DNA of 64,000 nucleotides from an uncultured Ardenticatenaceae bacterium (GTDB lineage Bacteria > Chloroflexota > Anaerolineae > Promineifilales > Promineifilaceae). Shown one piece after another: positions 40,119 to 47,688 of the stretch. The notes beneath the pieces were generated by a model. The model made no database searches, was not told the DNA's origin, and saw only the letters and a program-made list of their open reading frames with translations. Location of the stretch: contig CAZRTM010000003.1 of assembly GCA_964602995.1 (NCBI GenBank), positions 17,142 through 81,141 on the forward strand, read 5' to 3'. Numbering within the stretch: the stretch's first letter is position 1; the number at the start of each line of letters is the position of its first letter. The translations under genes and the position numbers were made by a program.

Positions 40119-40859
40119 TTACGGCGTTGCCAGAATGATAAGGATGCCAGCGAGGATGCCGCCAATGATCGGGCCAACGACCGGAATCCAACTGTAGCCC
40201 CAGTCGGAGTCTCCTTTGCCGGCAATGGGAAGCAGTTGGTGTGCGATACGGGGGCCGAGGTCACGGGCGGGGTTAATGGCGTACCCTGTGGGGCCGCCCA
40301 GAGAAAGGCCAATACCCCACACCAGGGCGCCGACGAGAAACGGTCCCAGACCGTCAACCGGGATGCCCATTGCGGTCGGTGAGCCGGTCATGTCAAATAT
40401 CGCTGCGACGCCCATGACCAGCACGATGGTGCCGACGATTTCAGTAACGGTGTTCCAAATAGGATTGCGAATGGCTGGGGCCGTGGAGAAGACGGCCAGC
40501 TTCAGGCCAGGATCCTGCGTAGGCGCCCAGTGCGGCATGTAGGCGAGCCAGACAATGATCGCGCCGATGATTGCGCCGACCATCTGAGCGATGATAAATC
40601 CTGGTACGTCTCCCCAAGCAAAGTTACCGGCAACAGCTAATCCGACGGTGACGGCCGGGTTGATATGTGCGGCAGAACTTCCGAAGAGGCCGGAAATGAA
40701 GACACCAACCATCACCGCAAAGGCCCACCCCGTGGTTATGACAATCCATCCTGCATTCTGCCCCTTAGATCTCTCCAGCAGTACATTGGCCACAACGCCA
40801 TCACCGAGAATGATCAGGAACATTGTGCCGAACAGTTCACCAAGAAACGGACTATTCAT
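40119..40859 (-). CDS. glpF: Aquaglyceroporin (MIP family)
   Basis: Two NPA boxes (HINPAVT, INPARD) and six TM segments. Confidence 0.92.
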   Translation of the reverse strand: MNSPFLGELFGTMFLIILGDGVVANVLLERSKGQNAGWIVITTGWAFAVMVGVFISGLFGSSAAHINPAVTVGLAVAGNFAWGDVPGFIIAQMVGAIIGAIIVWLAYMPHWAPTQDPGLKLAVFSTAPAIRNPIWNTVTEIVGTIVLVMGVAAIFDMTGSPTAMGIPVDGLGPFLVGALVWGIGLSLGGPTGYAINPARDLGPRIAHQLLPIAGKGDSDWGYSWIPVVGPIIGGILAGILIILATP

Positions 40860-40885
40860 CTTTTCCCATCCTTTTTTCTAACTGG

Positions 40886-40894
40886 TTGTTTCAA
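40886..40894. repeat. TTGTTTCAA motif copy just upstream of glpF
   Basis: Exact 9-mer that is also present at 41234-41242. Its reverse complement is at 41276-41284. Confidence 0.6.
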
Positions 40895-41233
40895 CGTCGC
40901 AACATTCGTCTGCAATCTGTATATCTTCTGATGGTTACTCAGCAGTTACCTCCCTCCTTTCATGATAGCCACAATACCCTGGTGACACAGAGATTGTGGG
41001 ACACGGAACAGATTCAACGAGAAGTACCTCTCCATGATTGAAAAGGTACGAGTTGCGGAGTAGGTTGAACAATGAGGGGTGTGGTGAACACAGCATGTAA
41101 CTCCTCGTAAGATTTGTCACAGCCGGTACCCGCAAACGTGCACAAGAAAAGCGGACGTTGTTGCTGCAGTTGTTACAGCATCCAGTGAGCATTCTGTAGG
41201 ATTTATAGAGGCGATTCAACGGGTAGGGGGAAA

Positions 41234-41284
41234 TTGTTTCAAATTGGAACGAGAGCCAATGAGCTTTGTTTCGGTTTGAAACAA
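41234..41284. repeat. Cluster of TTGTTTC(AA)/TTGAAACAA motifs next to the dhaR-like stop codon
   Basis: TTGTTTCAAA at 41234-41243, TTGTTTC at 41266-41272 and TTGAAACAA at 41276-41284. The last two form a 7-bp hairpin with a 5-nt loop. Confidence 0.6.
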
Positions 41285-41288
41285 GAGG

Positions 41289-43292
41289 TCAGGAGGGAGG
41301 CGTTTTGAATAGATCAGCTTCAATATTGTATTGCTTCATTTTGCGCCACAAGGTTGTACGCCCAATGCCTAGCTGTTCTGCCATCTTTGTTGGCTGCCCG
41401 GCGCAAGCCCAACCTGCGCGGATGATCGCTTCGCGTTCGGCCTCGGCAATGGAGAGGAGGGGCTGCGGTTCGGGCGAGTTCCCCGTGAGCACACGGCCTT
41501 CGCGGACAGGGCGGGGCAGGTCGAAGAGGCGTACGGTACCATCATTACTGTGGTTGAGCGCCCGCTCCAGCACGCTTTCCAGCTCACGCACATTACCGGG
41601 CCAGGGATAGCGGTTGAGGATGGCCATTACGTCGTCGCTGATCCAGGCTGCTCGTTTCTCAGTGCGGGTGATGCGCGCCAGGAATCGTTCAGCCAGAAGC
41701 GGAATGTCCTCTGCTCGCTCGCGCAGGGGCGGAATTGTAATGCTGAATACGCCGAAACGATAGTAGAGGTGGGGCAGAAAGCTTCCTTCTCGCACGCGCT
41801 GTTGAAGGTCGGCAGTGGAGGCGGCGATAATGCGCACATCGACCGGAATGGAGCGGCGGCTGCCCAGGCGCATAATGTGTCCGGTCTCGATGAGGTGGAG
41901 AACGACAGCCTGCATTTCCAGCGACAGGTGTTCGACCTGATCCAGAAGCAAAGTGCCTCCGGCAGCCAGCTCAAATTTACTGGGCCGGCTGTTCCTGTTT
42001 CCTTCCTCGTCGTGGCCCAGGAATTCGCTGATCATCAGCTCGTGAGGGATGGCCTGGCAATTGATGGCGATAAATGGCGCGTCGGCTGGCATACCGTCAT
42101 TGTGGATGGCGCGGGCCAGGTGGTTCTTGCCCACGCCCCCTTCGCCGCGAATCAGCACGGGCGCTGTGCCTCGCGCCGCAATGCGGGCCTGCCGTAGCAC
42201 TGCGCGCATGGCGCCTGACTGACTGGAACTGGCAATGTTGTCCAGGCTGAGGGTAGCCTTCACACCGATTTGCTGGTGTACCAAACGACGCACGTGCTCA
42301 ATCGGGCGCAGCATTACGAGATTGCCAATATAGCGCTGGCCCTCGAAAACAGGGCGCAGGCTGACGAGGCAGTGCGCGCTGTGACCATCCAATTGTAGAA
42401 CGGTATCCACGTCACGCAGCTCTGAGCGGTTGGCGGCAGCATCGGTGATGAGCGACGGGAAGGGCAAAGCCTCTGTGAAAGGTCGGCCCACAATGGAGGC
42501 AGGGTTGAGCTGCAAAATTTCACCAGCCGTGGGGTTGACATGATTGATGATGCCATTTTCGTTCCAGGAGATGATGCCCTCGGAAATGGCGCTCAGAATG
42601 GTTCGTACTTCGGTCAGATGCCTGTTAGCTTCTTCCACAAACCAATCTGTCTGTAACTGGTTGCTGATGGCGCGAGCGGCAGTCATCACCAGACCCAGGG
42701 TGTGTGAGCTGGCATTCTGCACAGAACCGACGATGCCTAGAATGCCAACGAGCGCAATGCGCCCGCGTACGTCGTGAATGGGAGCCGCGGTTGTGGTCAG
42801 CTCATGGTTGGCCTGGAAATAATGTTCAGCTCCTACCACCTGCATAGGCATGGCCGTGATGCGGACCACACCAAGGGCGTTGGTTCCCAACTGTCCTTCG
42901 GACCAGTAGGCACCCTGACCCAGCCCACGCTGTTGTAGAGAGTGCACACGCTGGGGGTCGCCGACGACGTCGAGGACGCAGGCTGAAGCGTCCGCCAACA
43001 GAATGGCGCAATCAGAGCCTTCAATAAATTGGTGGATATCTTCCATAAGTGGGGCTGCCACCCCGATTAGCGTGCTATGGGCGCGCAGGACCCGCTCCAG
43101 GGACGCTTTTTTCAGGCTTTTGGAGTGTGGTTCTGCCTCGTAATCGAGCCGCGGCAGGCAGCGCCGCCACGATTGCAAAACGGCGGGATCCAGGAATTTG
43201 CTTTCTTCAGAGTTGAGCTGTCCGGTTTCGACAAAGGAACGCCAGACCTCACTCAGGCGCTCCCATTGCACAGGATACGCGTCTGGTTGCAT
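41289..43292 (-). CDS. dhaR: DhaR/AcoR-like enhancer-binding-protein-family regulator (GAF/PAS sensor, AAA+ domain, Fis-type HTH), GAFTGA-less
   Basis: Walker A GEGGVGKNHLARAIH, Walker B GGTLLLDQVE, WPGNVRELE, and the C-terminal HTH MAEQLGIGRTTLWRKM. The GAFTGA position reads HDEEGNRNSRPS. Confidence 0.82.
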   Translation of the reverse strand: MQPDAYPVQWERLSEVWRSFVETGQLNSEESKFLDPAVLQSWRRCLPRLDYEAEPHSKSLKKASLERVLRAHSTLIGVAAPLMEDIHQFIEGSDCAILLADASACVLDVVGDPQRVHSLQQRGLGQGAYWSEGQLGTNALGVVRITAMPMQVVGAEHYFQANHELTTTAAPIHDVRGRIALVGILGIVGSVQNASSHTLGLVMTAARAISNQLQTDWFVEEANRHLTEVRTILSAISEGIISWNENGIINHVNPTAGEILQLNPASIVGRPFTEALPFPSLITDAAANRSELRDVDTVLQLDGHSAHCLVSLRPVFEGQRYIGNLVMLRPIEHVRRLVHQQIGVKATLSLDNIASSSQSGAMRAVLRQARIAARGTAPVLIRGEGGVGKNHLARAIHNDGMPADAPFIAINCQAIPHELMISEFLGHDEEGNRNSRPSKFELAAGGTLLLDQVEHLSLEMQAVVLHLIETGHIMRLGSRRSIPVDVRIIAASTADLQQRVREGSFLPHLYYRFGVFSITIPPLRERAEDIPLLAERFLARITRTEKRAAWISDDVMAILNRYPWPGNVRELESVLERALNHSNDGTVRLFDLPRPVREGRVLTGNSPEPQPLLSIAEAEREAIIRAGWACAGQPTKMAEQLGIGRTTLWRKMKQYNIEADLFKTPPS

Positions 43293-43298
43293 ACGCTG

Positions 43299-43326
43299 AT
43301 GATACTGAGCGAGGGGCGTTTGTCAA
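43299..43326 (-). promoter_or_regulatory. Sigma-70 promoter predicting a leaderless dhaR-like mRNA
   Basis: Minus strand reads TTGACA-16 nt-TATCAT-6 nt-ATG (ATG at 43292). Confidence 0.5.
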
Positions 43327-43376
43327 AACGTTTGTACGACCAGTTGGTAACTGGCTAAGCGATTCACCAAATCGCT

Positions 43377-44111
43377 TTACGTGCCGGATGCTTCTTGCCG
43401 GCAGCCCACGGGCAACTCCCGGTTGCGCTCAAAAACAACATCCATGCCCAGATAGGGAGAGGGATCGACGGTATTGCCAAAGATCAATTCGTTGAGATAG
43501 TTGCCGTCACCATCGTCAAGAACTATCGAGAAGTGGAGGTGTGTCCAGACAGAGCGTACGGGCGAGCCACTGTAATCCCCTGTGTAGCCCAGGAGGGTAC
43601 CTTGCTCGACGAAAAACTCGCGTGTTCCCGGTGCGAAGGCAGGCTCGATAAAGTCATTCTTGCCCGATTTGTCAGCCATATGCGTGTAATAGAGCCAGAT
43701 CTGGCGCTGCGGATTGAGGGGATCCTGGGGGACGCGCTGGATGAGTGTGCTTTTCCAAGTCGGCTCGCGGGTGATGTAACCGTCATAAGCAGCATAGACG
43801 GGCGTGACGCCCGGTTCGCCGTCGCTAAAGATATCTATGCCCTGATGGGGCTGTTCTTCTGAGTAGGGGCCGCCCGGATCGGCGTAGAATAAGCCGATGA
43901 AACCGTCAGCGGGCAAGATAAAGGGAGCGCCAGGGCATGCCTCCCGTTGCACGGTCATCAAGGATTGGCGCACCGCTTCATCACCGCGCCACCAGCGAAG
44001 CAGGGTCTGGCTGCCGGGGCTGTTTAGCCAACGCCAGGCCAACGAGATGAGCACAGCGGCGCCGGCCATGATTGCCAACAAGAGCAGCAAGATTTTCTGC
44101 CGTTGGCTCAT
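43377..44111 (-). CDS. M23 family metallopeptidase with N-terminal membrane anchor
   Basis: HQGIDI (HxxxD) and THLHFSI (HxH) motifs. Confidence 0.85.
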   Translation of the reverse strand: MSQRQKILLLLLAIMAGAAVLISLAWRWLNSPGSQTLLRWWRGDEAVRQSLMTVQREACPGAPFILPADGFIGLFYADPGGPYSEEQPHQGIDIFSDGEPGVTPVYAAYDGYITREPTWKSTLIQRVPQDPLNPQRQIWLYYTHMADKSGKNDFIEPAFAPGTREFFVEQGTLLGYTGDYSGSPVRSVWTHLHFSIVLDDGDGNYLNELIFGNTVDPSPYLGMDVVFERNRELPVGCRQEASGT

Positions 44112-45202
44112 TCAAGCTCCCCGAGATGGATGTGGGCATATTCATTCTCGCAAGGCGGACCATCGCTGACCAACATCGACGCTTCATGGAGGTCGATGAC
44201 GATACTGGTGACCGTCTCGTACTGTTCGTCAACGGGCGCGGAACGGTCCACGTGACGACAAATCGAACGGGGGGGATTGGCATGGTCGCGCAGGGCGTCG
44301 AGAATGTTAGCGACGCTAATCCGTTCATGCTGCTCGAGTTGTGCTTCCATGCGTTCTTGCCGCAGGCATGAGTAGCCACGTATTTCATCTGAAGGTTCCT
44401 GGATGCCCAGTTGGTCTGGATCGATGAAATGGTTGGTGTGCACGAGGCAGCCATTTTGCCAGCCGAGCTGATTGGCGGCGCCTGGGGCGGCTTCGACGTC
44501 AATGGCCTGATCGGGCAGCGCTGCGATGAGGAAGTTGGCCGAACAAGAGATATCACCGCCGCTCGCGGCGCGCACAGCGTCGTCTAATGACTGCTGCTGC
44601 AGAATTTCGTAACAGCGAAGATGGAACGGCCGGCCCAGGCGCGCCCAGTCGTCCTCAGTGGTCGTAATGCCGTTGATGGCCAGGCCCACTCCTGCACTAT
44701 TAAAACCGATCTTGCCGCCGAAGATGCCCGCCTCGGTGAAAGATAAGACTTGATGCCCCTCCGGCGTTTTTGTGTGCAAGAGCGCTCCTGCGACGTCAGG
44801 AATCCAGTCCCAGTTCTGCCCAAGGAGGAGGTGGCCATTCTCGGAACGGGCAGGGGCAACGGCAAAGGCTGTGCAGCCGTCCTGGGCTGCCATTTCTCTA
44901 ACGGCAAATTGGTAATAGAGGATTTCATAGCGCACATTGAGCGCTACGATTTCCTCAAAACTCAATTCTGCACCCTCGGCAATGCCGCGCATGCCATCTT
45001 CATAGTCGCTGTTTTGTTCCTTTATTGCAGCGGCATAACGCCGAGCGCGCTGCAGCACTTCGTCCCTCGTCAGCGCGCCTTCCTGTAGGAAACGGTCGAA
45101 GTAGACCTCGATATTGTGGTGGATGCGCTGCCGCAGTTGCTGACCATGTTGCAGACCCTGTTCATAGGCAGAGCCGCTAAGATGAACGATTGGAAGTGTC
45201 AT
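44108..45202 (-). CDS. Peptidase C45 / acyl-CoA:6-APA acyltransferase family protein
   Basis: N-terminal pro-region followed by the DGCTAFAV nucleophile motif. 4-nt overlap with the M23 gene. Confidence 0.75.
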   Translation of the reverse strand: MTLPIVHLSGSAYEQGLQHGQQLRQRIHHNIEVYFDRFLQEGALTRDEVLQRARRYAAAIKEQNSDYEDGMRGIAEGAELSFEEIVALNVRYEILYYQFAVREMAAQDGCTAFAVAPARSENGHLLLGQNWDWIPDVAGALLHTKTPEGHQVLSFTEAGIFGGKIGFNSAGVGLAINGITTTEDDWARLGRPFHLRCYEILQQQSLDDAVRAASGGDISCSANFLIAALPDQAIDVEAAPGAANQLGWQNGCLVHTNHFIDPDQLGIQEPSDEIRGYSCLRQERMEAQLEQHERISVANILDALRDHANPPRSICRHVDRSAPVDEQYETVTSIVIDLHEASMLVSDGPPCENEYAHIHLGELE

Positions 45203-45386
45203 CGGTTCCCTTCACTACCATCCTGGATGGGTAAATGGCCGCCGGAAGCGGCGGCCCGCAACCACGCTCGTTCAGAAACTTCCGAACGGGTACGGCGCGG
45301 GCCACGGGCTTCACGGTGGTGTGACTCTCATTTGTCTTTAGCATAGCGCGATCAGACAGATCGTTCCAAGTTTCAGGGACCACCAG

Positions 45387-46400
45387 CTAGACAGGTGAGA
45401 CGACTCTCTCAGAATCAGGCTCTTCAGCCTCTGCCTCGTCCCCGTCGTTGACTTCCTTCATGTAATCAAGAGCGGCCGGCAGTGGCTTGAAGCCGAGTTG
45501 CAGGTTTAGCTGGAACATCGGATTGTTCTCTTCGTTATCGGTCACGATCGCGGCGTTGCCATACTCTTGGGCGTAACGAATGGCATGCACCTTCAGCGCG
45601 GTTGCGATACCGCGGCGGCGGTGGCTGCGCGCCACACCGGTAAGCCCTGTTTCCAGCAACTTGCTGTTAGACAGGTTACGCCAGAGGACGCTCAGGCCGA
45701 CATATTTGTCGCCGTCGAGGGCTACAAACCAGGCATCGGGTAGCAAGTTTGGACTACCCAGCGTCTGTTTTTCAAACTGTTCGAAGGGTCGCTTCGTCAG
45801 CGTGTCCGGCGTCGGCACGTCCTGCACCAGTTCCCACTCCAGTTCGTATAGCTTCCGTTTCCATTCGGGATCTTCCTCCCTGAGCTGGGCCATCGTCTTG
45901 ATGGCAATGCCCGAATTGGCTACACGTTCCAGCTTCTCAGCAAAGCGCTCGGCATCGAAAGTCGCCGATTCCAGGCGCGAAACGGGGACGCGCATGACCT
46001 TCTTGTAACCCCGGTTCTCCAGGAAGTGGATGGCATCGGTGAAATGCTCTCTCGTGAAGCTGATCAGGAGGCGCGGTTCTCTCGGCTCCAGCTGTTCAAG
46101 GATGAAATCATACAAGGTGTTGCCAAAGCCCTGGCGTTGCGCTTTGGGATGGACCATCACGCGCACAAAGTATTTGTCTGGTTTGAAGGACCATGTTGTA
46201 TGCCCGTACATACCTACGGCGACGACTTCACCCTCATACTCACCGAGAAGGCGTTGGTGAAGGTACTTTGCATCGCGACTGCGATCGTAGTGCTTCCAGC
46301 CGGTTACTGACGAGGGGATGTCTGGCTCAAGCGCATTGGCGATGGCAACCAGCGCCTCGTAGTCTTTATCGCTTTCGAAATCAAACGGTCTAATCTTCAT
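45387..46400 (-). CDS. Tandem-GNAT N-acetyltransferase
   Basis: Two acetyl-CoA loops (QRQGFGNTL, RRRGIATAL). The likely start is MKIRPF at 46400. Confidence 0.78.
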   Translation of the reverse strand: MKIRPFDFESDKDYEALVAIANALEPDIPSSVTGWKHYDRSRDAKYLHQRLLGEYEGEVVAVGMYGHTTWSFKPDKYFVRVMVHPKAQRQGFGNTLYDFILEQLEPREPRLLISFTREHFTDAIHFLENRGYKKVMRVPVSRLESATFDAERFAEKLERVANSGIAIKTMAQLREEDPEWKRKLYELEWELVQDVPTPDTLTKRPFEQFEKQTLGSPNLLPDAWFVALDGDKYVGLSVLWRNLSNSKLLETGLTGVARSHRRRGIATALKVHAIRYAQEYGNAAIVTDNEENNPMFQLNLQLGFKPLPAALDYMKEVNDGDEAEAEEPDSERVVSPV

Positions 46401-46446
46401 TTCTTTCTCTCTCGACTTCAGTTCAAGCGTGCTGTTCTTACGTTTA

Positions 46447-47109
46447 CTATTCAGCTTTGCGTTCATTACGGCCTTCCTCCATTGCCATTTCTGTCTTATC
46501 TGGCCTCACCCCAAGGGCAGCCAGTTCGGACACCACATCTACACCTGCCTGATAATGAATTGCGGACATACCTACCTCCTTTGCTGCCCTGACGTTGGCT
46601 TCGTTATCGTCGATAAACACTGCTTCTTCGGGTTTGCGGCCCAGTCGCTCCAGCGTCAGCTCATATATTTCGGGAGCCGGTTTCATTACGCGCTCCTCGG
46701 CGGAACAGACAATCAGATCGAAGGCATCGGCAATCGGATAGTCATTGTCTAACGTGAGGCGCAGCCGGTCGGTGGCGTTGCTGATGATTGCCGTCTGGTA
46801 CCGGGGGCGCAGGGAGCGAATGTAGCGCATCAGCTCTTCGTCCAGGACGTCTCCGGCCCAGAAGTCGGTGCGGAACTGTTCCAGATCGTGTTGGGATAGC
46901 CGGAGCTGGTTACCAACCCAGGTCCAGAGCTCCTGGTCTGTGATGGCGCCCGATTGGGCCTTGGTGCCCATATCGTCGGCAATACCAAAGACGATTCTTT
47001 CCGATTCCCATTCGTCCAGACCGAGCCGCTTTTCCCAATCGCGCCGGTAGTTGTGATTATGAGTGCGTATCAGGACGCCGCCGACATCGAAGATAACTGC
47101 CTTGATCAT
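46447..47109 (-). CDS. HAD superfamily hydrolase
   Basis: MIKAVIFDVGGVLI (DxD-type motif I), SNA and a FIDDN-type motif IV. Confidence 0.85.
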   Translation of the reverse strand: MIKAVIFDVGGVLIRTHNHNYRRDWEKRLGLDEWESERIVFGIADDMGTKAQSGAITDQELWTWVGNQLRLSQHDLEQFRTDFWAGDVLDEELMRYIRSLRPRYQTAIISNATDRLRLTLDNDYPIADAFDLIVCSAEERVMKPAPEIYELTLERLGRKPEEAVFIDDNEANVRAAKEVGMSAIHYQAGVDVVSELAALGVRPDKTEMAMEEGRNERKAE

Positions 47110-47149
47110 GATTCCTCCAGTGATAAATTCGTGTTCGGAAACAAAAAAA

Positions 47150-47181
47150 GGACGTGAACACCTACACCGGTGTTCACGTCC
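47150..47181 (-). terminator. Rho-independent terminator (distal of a tandem pair)
   Basis: 13-bp perfect stem GGACGTGAACACC/GGTGTTCACGTCC with a 6-nt loop. On the minus strand it is followed by TTTTTTT. Confidence 0.7.
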
Positions 47182-47228
47182 TTTTGGGGTGGAAGGTCGC
47201 CTGTGGTTGGGCGACAGACAACAAAAAA

Positions 47229-47259
47229 GGCCGCAGACACCGGGTGGTGCGCTGCGGCC
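47229..47259 (-). terminator. Rho-independent terminator (proximal, bidirectional-looking)
   Basis: GGCCGCAG...CTGCGGCC stem flanked by A6 and T5 runs, 21 nt after the stop of the 30-codon ORF. Confidence 0.7.
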
Positions 47260-47279
47260 TTTTTGAGTTCTACTTTATG

Positions 47280-47372
47280 TTAACAGGCCATAGACGCACC
47301 ACGAGATGGATCGGAGTATCCTCCGCCACCTGGCCGAGTCAGTTGAGCGATGACAGTCATTATCTTGTGCAT
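47280..47372 (-). CDS. Unannotated 30-codon ORF (MHKIMTVIAQLTRPGGGGYSDPSRGASMAC)
   Basis: SD AGGAGG, a 5-nt spacer and ATG, with its own promoter upstream and two terminators downstream. It is below the ORF-track length cut-off. Confidence 0.45.
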   Translation of the reverse strand: MHKIMTVIAQLTRPGGGGYSDPSRGASMAC

Positions 47373-47442
47373 GCTCGCCTCCTGGTGCATCTAAGTAAGG
47401 CCAATAATCAATGGGCGCTTCACACGAAGCGCACCGTTGGAT

Positions 47443-47472
47443 ACTCTACCATAGCTGTAAGACCGCTGTCAA
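47443..47472 (-). promoter_or_regulatory. Sigma-70 promoter for the small-ORF transcript
   Basis: Minus strand reads TTGACA-18 nt-TAGAGT. A 7-bp stem-loop (GCGCTTC-gtgt-GAAGCGC) lies at the predicted 5' end. Confidence 0.5.
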
Positions 47473-47625
47473 GGGGGTTACTAGGGCTTTTCCAAAGTCC
47501 GAATTATAGCTCGCTCTGGCCGGTCTCCCGACCGTGCCAGTTGCCATCAACTCGAGACGGGTCGCGCGGTCGGGAGACCGGCGACAGCATCGTTTATGAG
47601 AATGGAAAAGCCCTGAGGGGGTTAC
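47473..47625. mobile_element. MITE-like element: 135-bp inverted-repeat unit flanked by 9-bp direct repeats
   Basis: GGGGGTTAC occurs at 47473-47481 and again at 47617-47625. The terminal inverted repeat is AGGGCTTTTCC (47483-47493) / GGAAAAGCCCT (47604-47614). There is an internal 16-bp perfect stem, GCCGGTCTCCCGACCG / CGGTCGGGAGACCGGC. Confidence 0.4.
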
Positions 47626-47659
47626 GTTCGTGTTTTTTGTTTGATTCCCGTTGTGCTAA

Positions 47660-47688
47660 TTGACAGTGACAGGGCGCTCGGCTATAGT
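47660..47688 (+). promoter_or_regulatory. Near-consensus sigma-70 promoter, about 250 nt upstream of slyD
   Basis: TTGACA-17 nt-TATAGT. Confidence 0.6.

Noticed and set aside
40860-41288. Expected a sigma-54 (-24 TGGCAC / -12 TTGC) promoter upstream of glpF, because the neighbouring regulator is EBP-like. I also considered the 94-aa ORF at 40935-41219.
   Set aside because: No GG-N10-GC match with an acceptable flanking consensus exists on the minus strand, and the regulator lacks GAFTGA. The ORF has no SD and an odd composition, and it sits in the regulatory spacer. I could not identify a convincing sigma-70 promoter for glpF either, so none is reported.
47280-47372. Interpreting the 30-aa peptide as a lasso-peptide or other RiPP precursor (core GGGGYSDPS... 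with Asp at position 7).
   Set aside because: The Thr is at position -3 rather than the canonical -2. No lasso cyclase/protease, radical-SAM, YcaO or LanM-type maturase is nearby; the neighbours are HAD and GNAT genes separated from the ORF by two terminators. It is kept as an unknown small ORF only.
47154-47663. 169-aa plus-strand ORF spanning the non-coding island.
   Set aside because: It runs straight through two rho-independent terminators, a promoter and the inverted-repeat element. It has no SD and an implausible composition.
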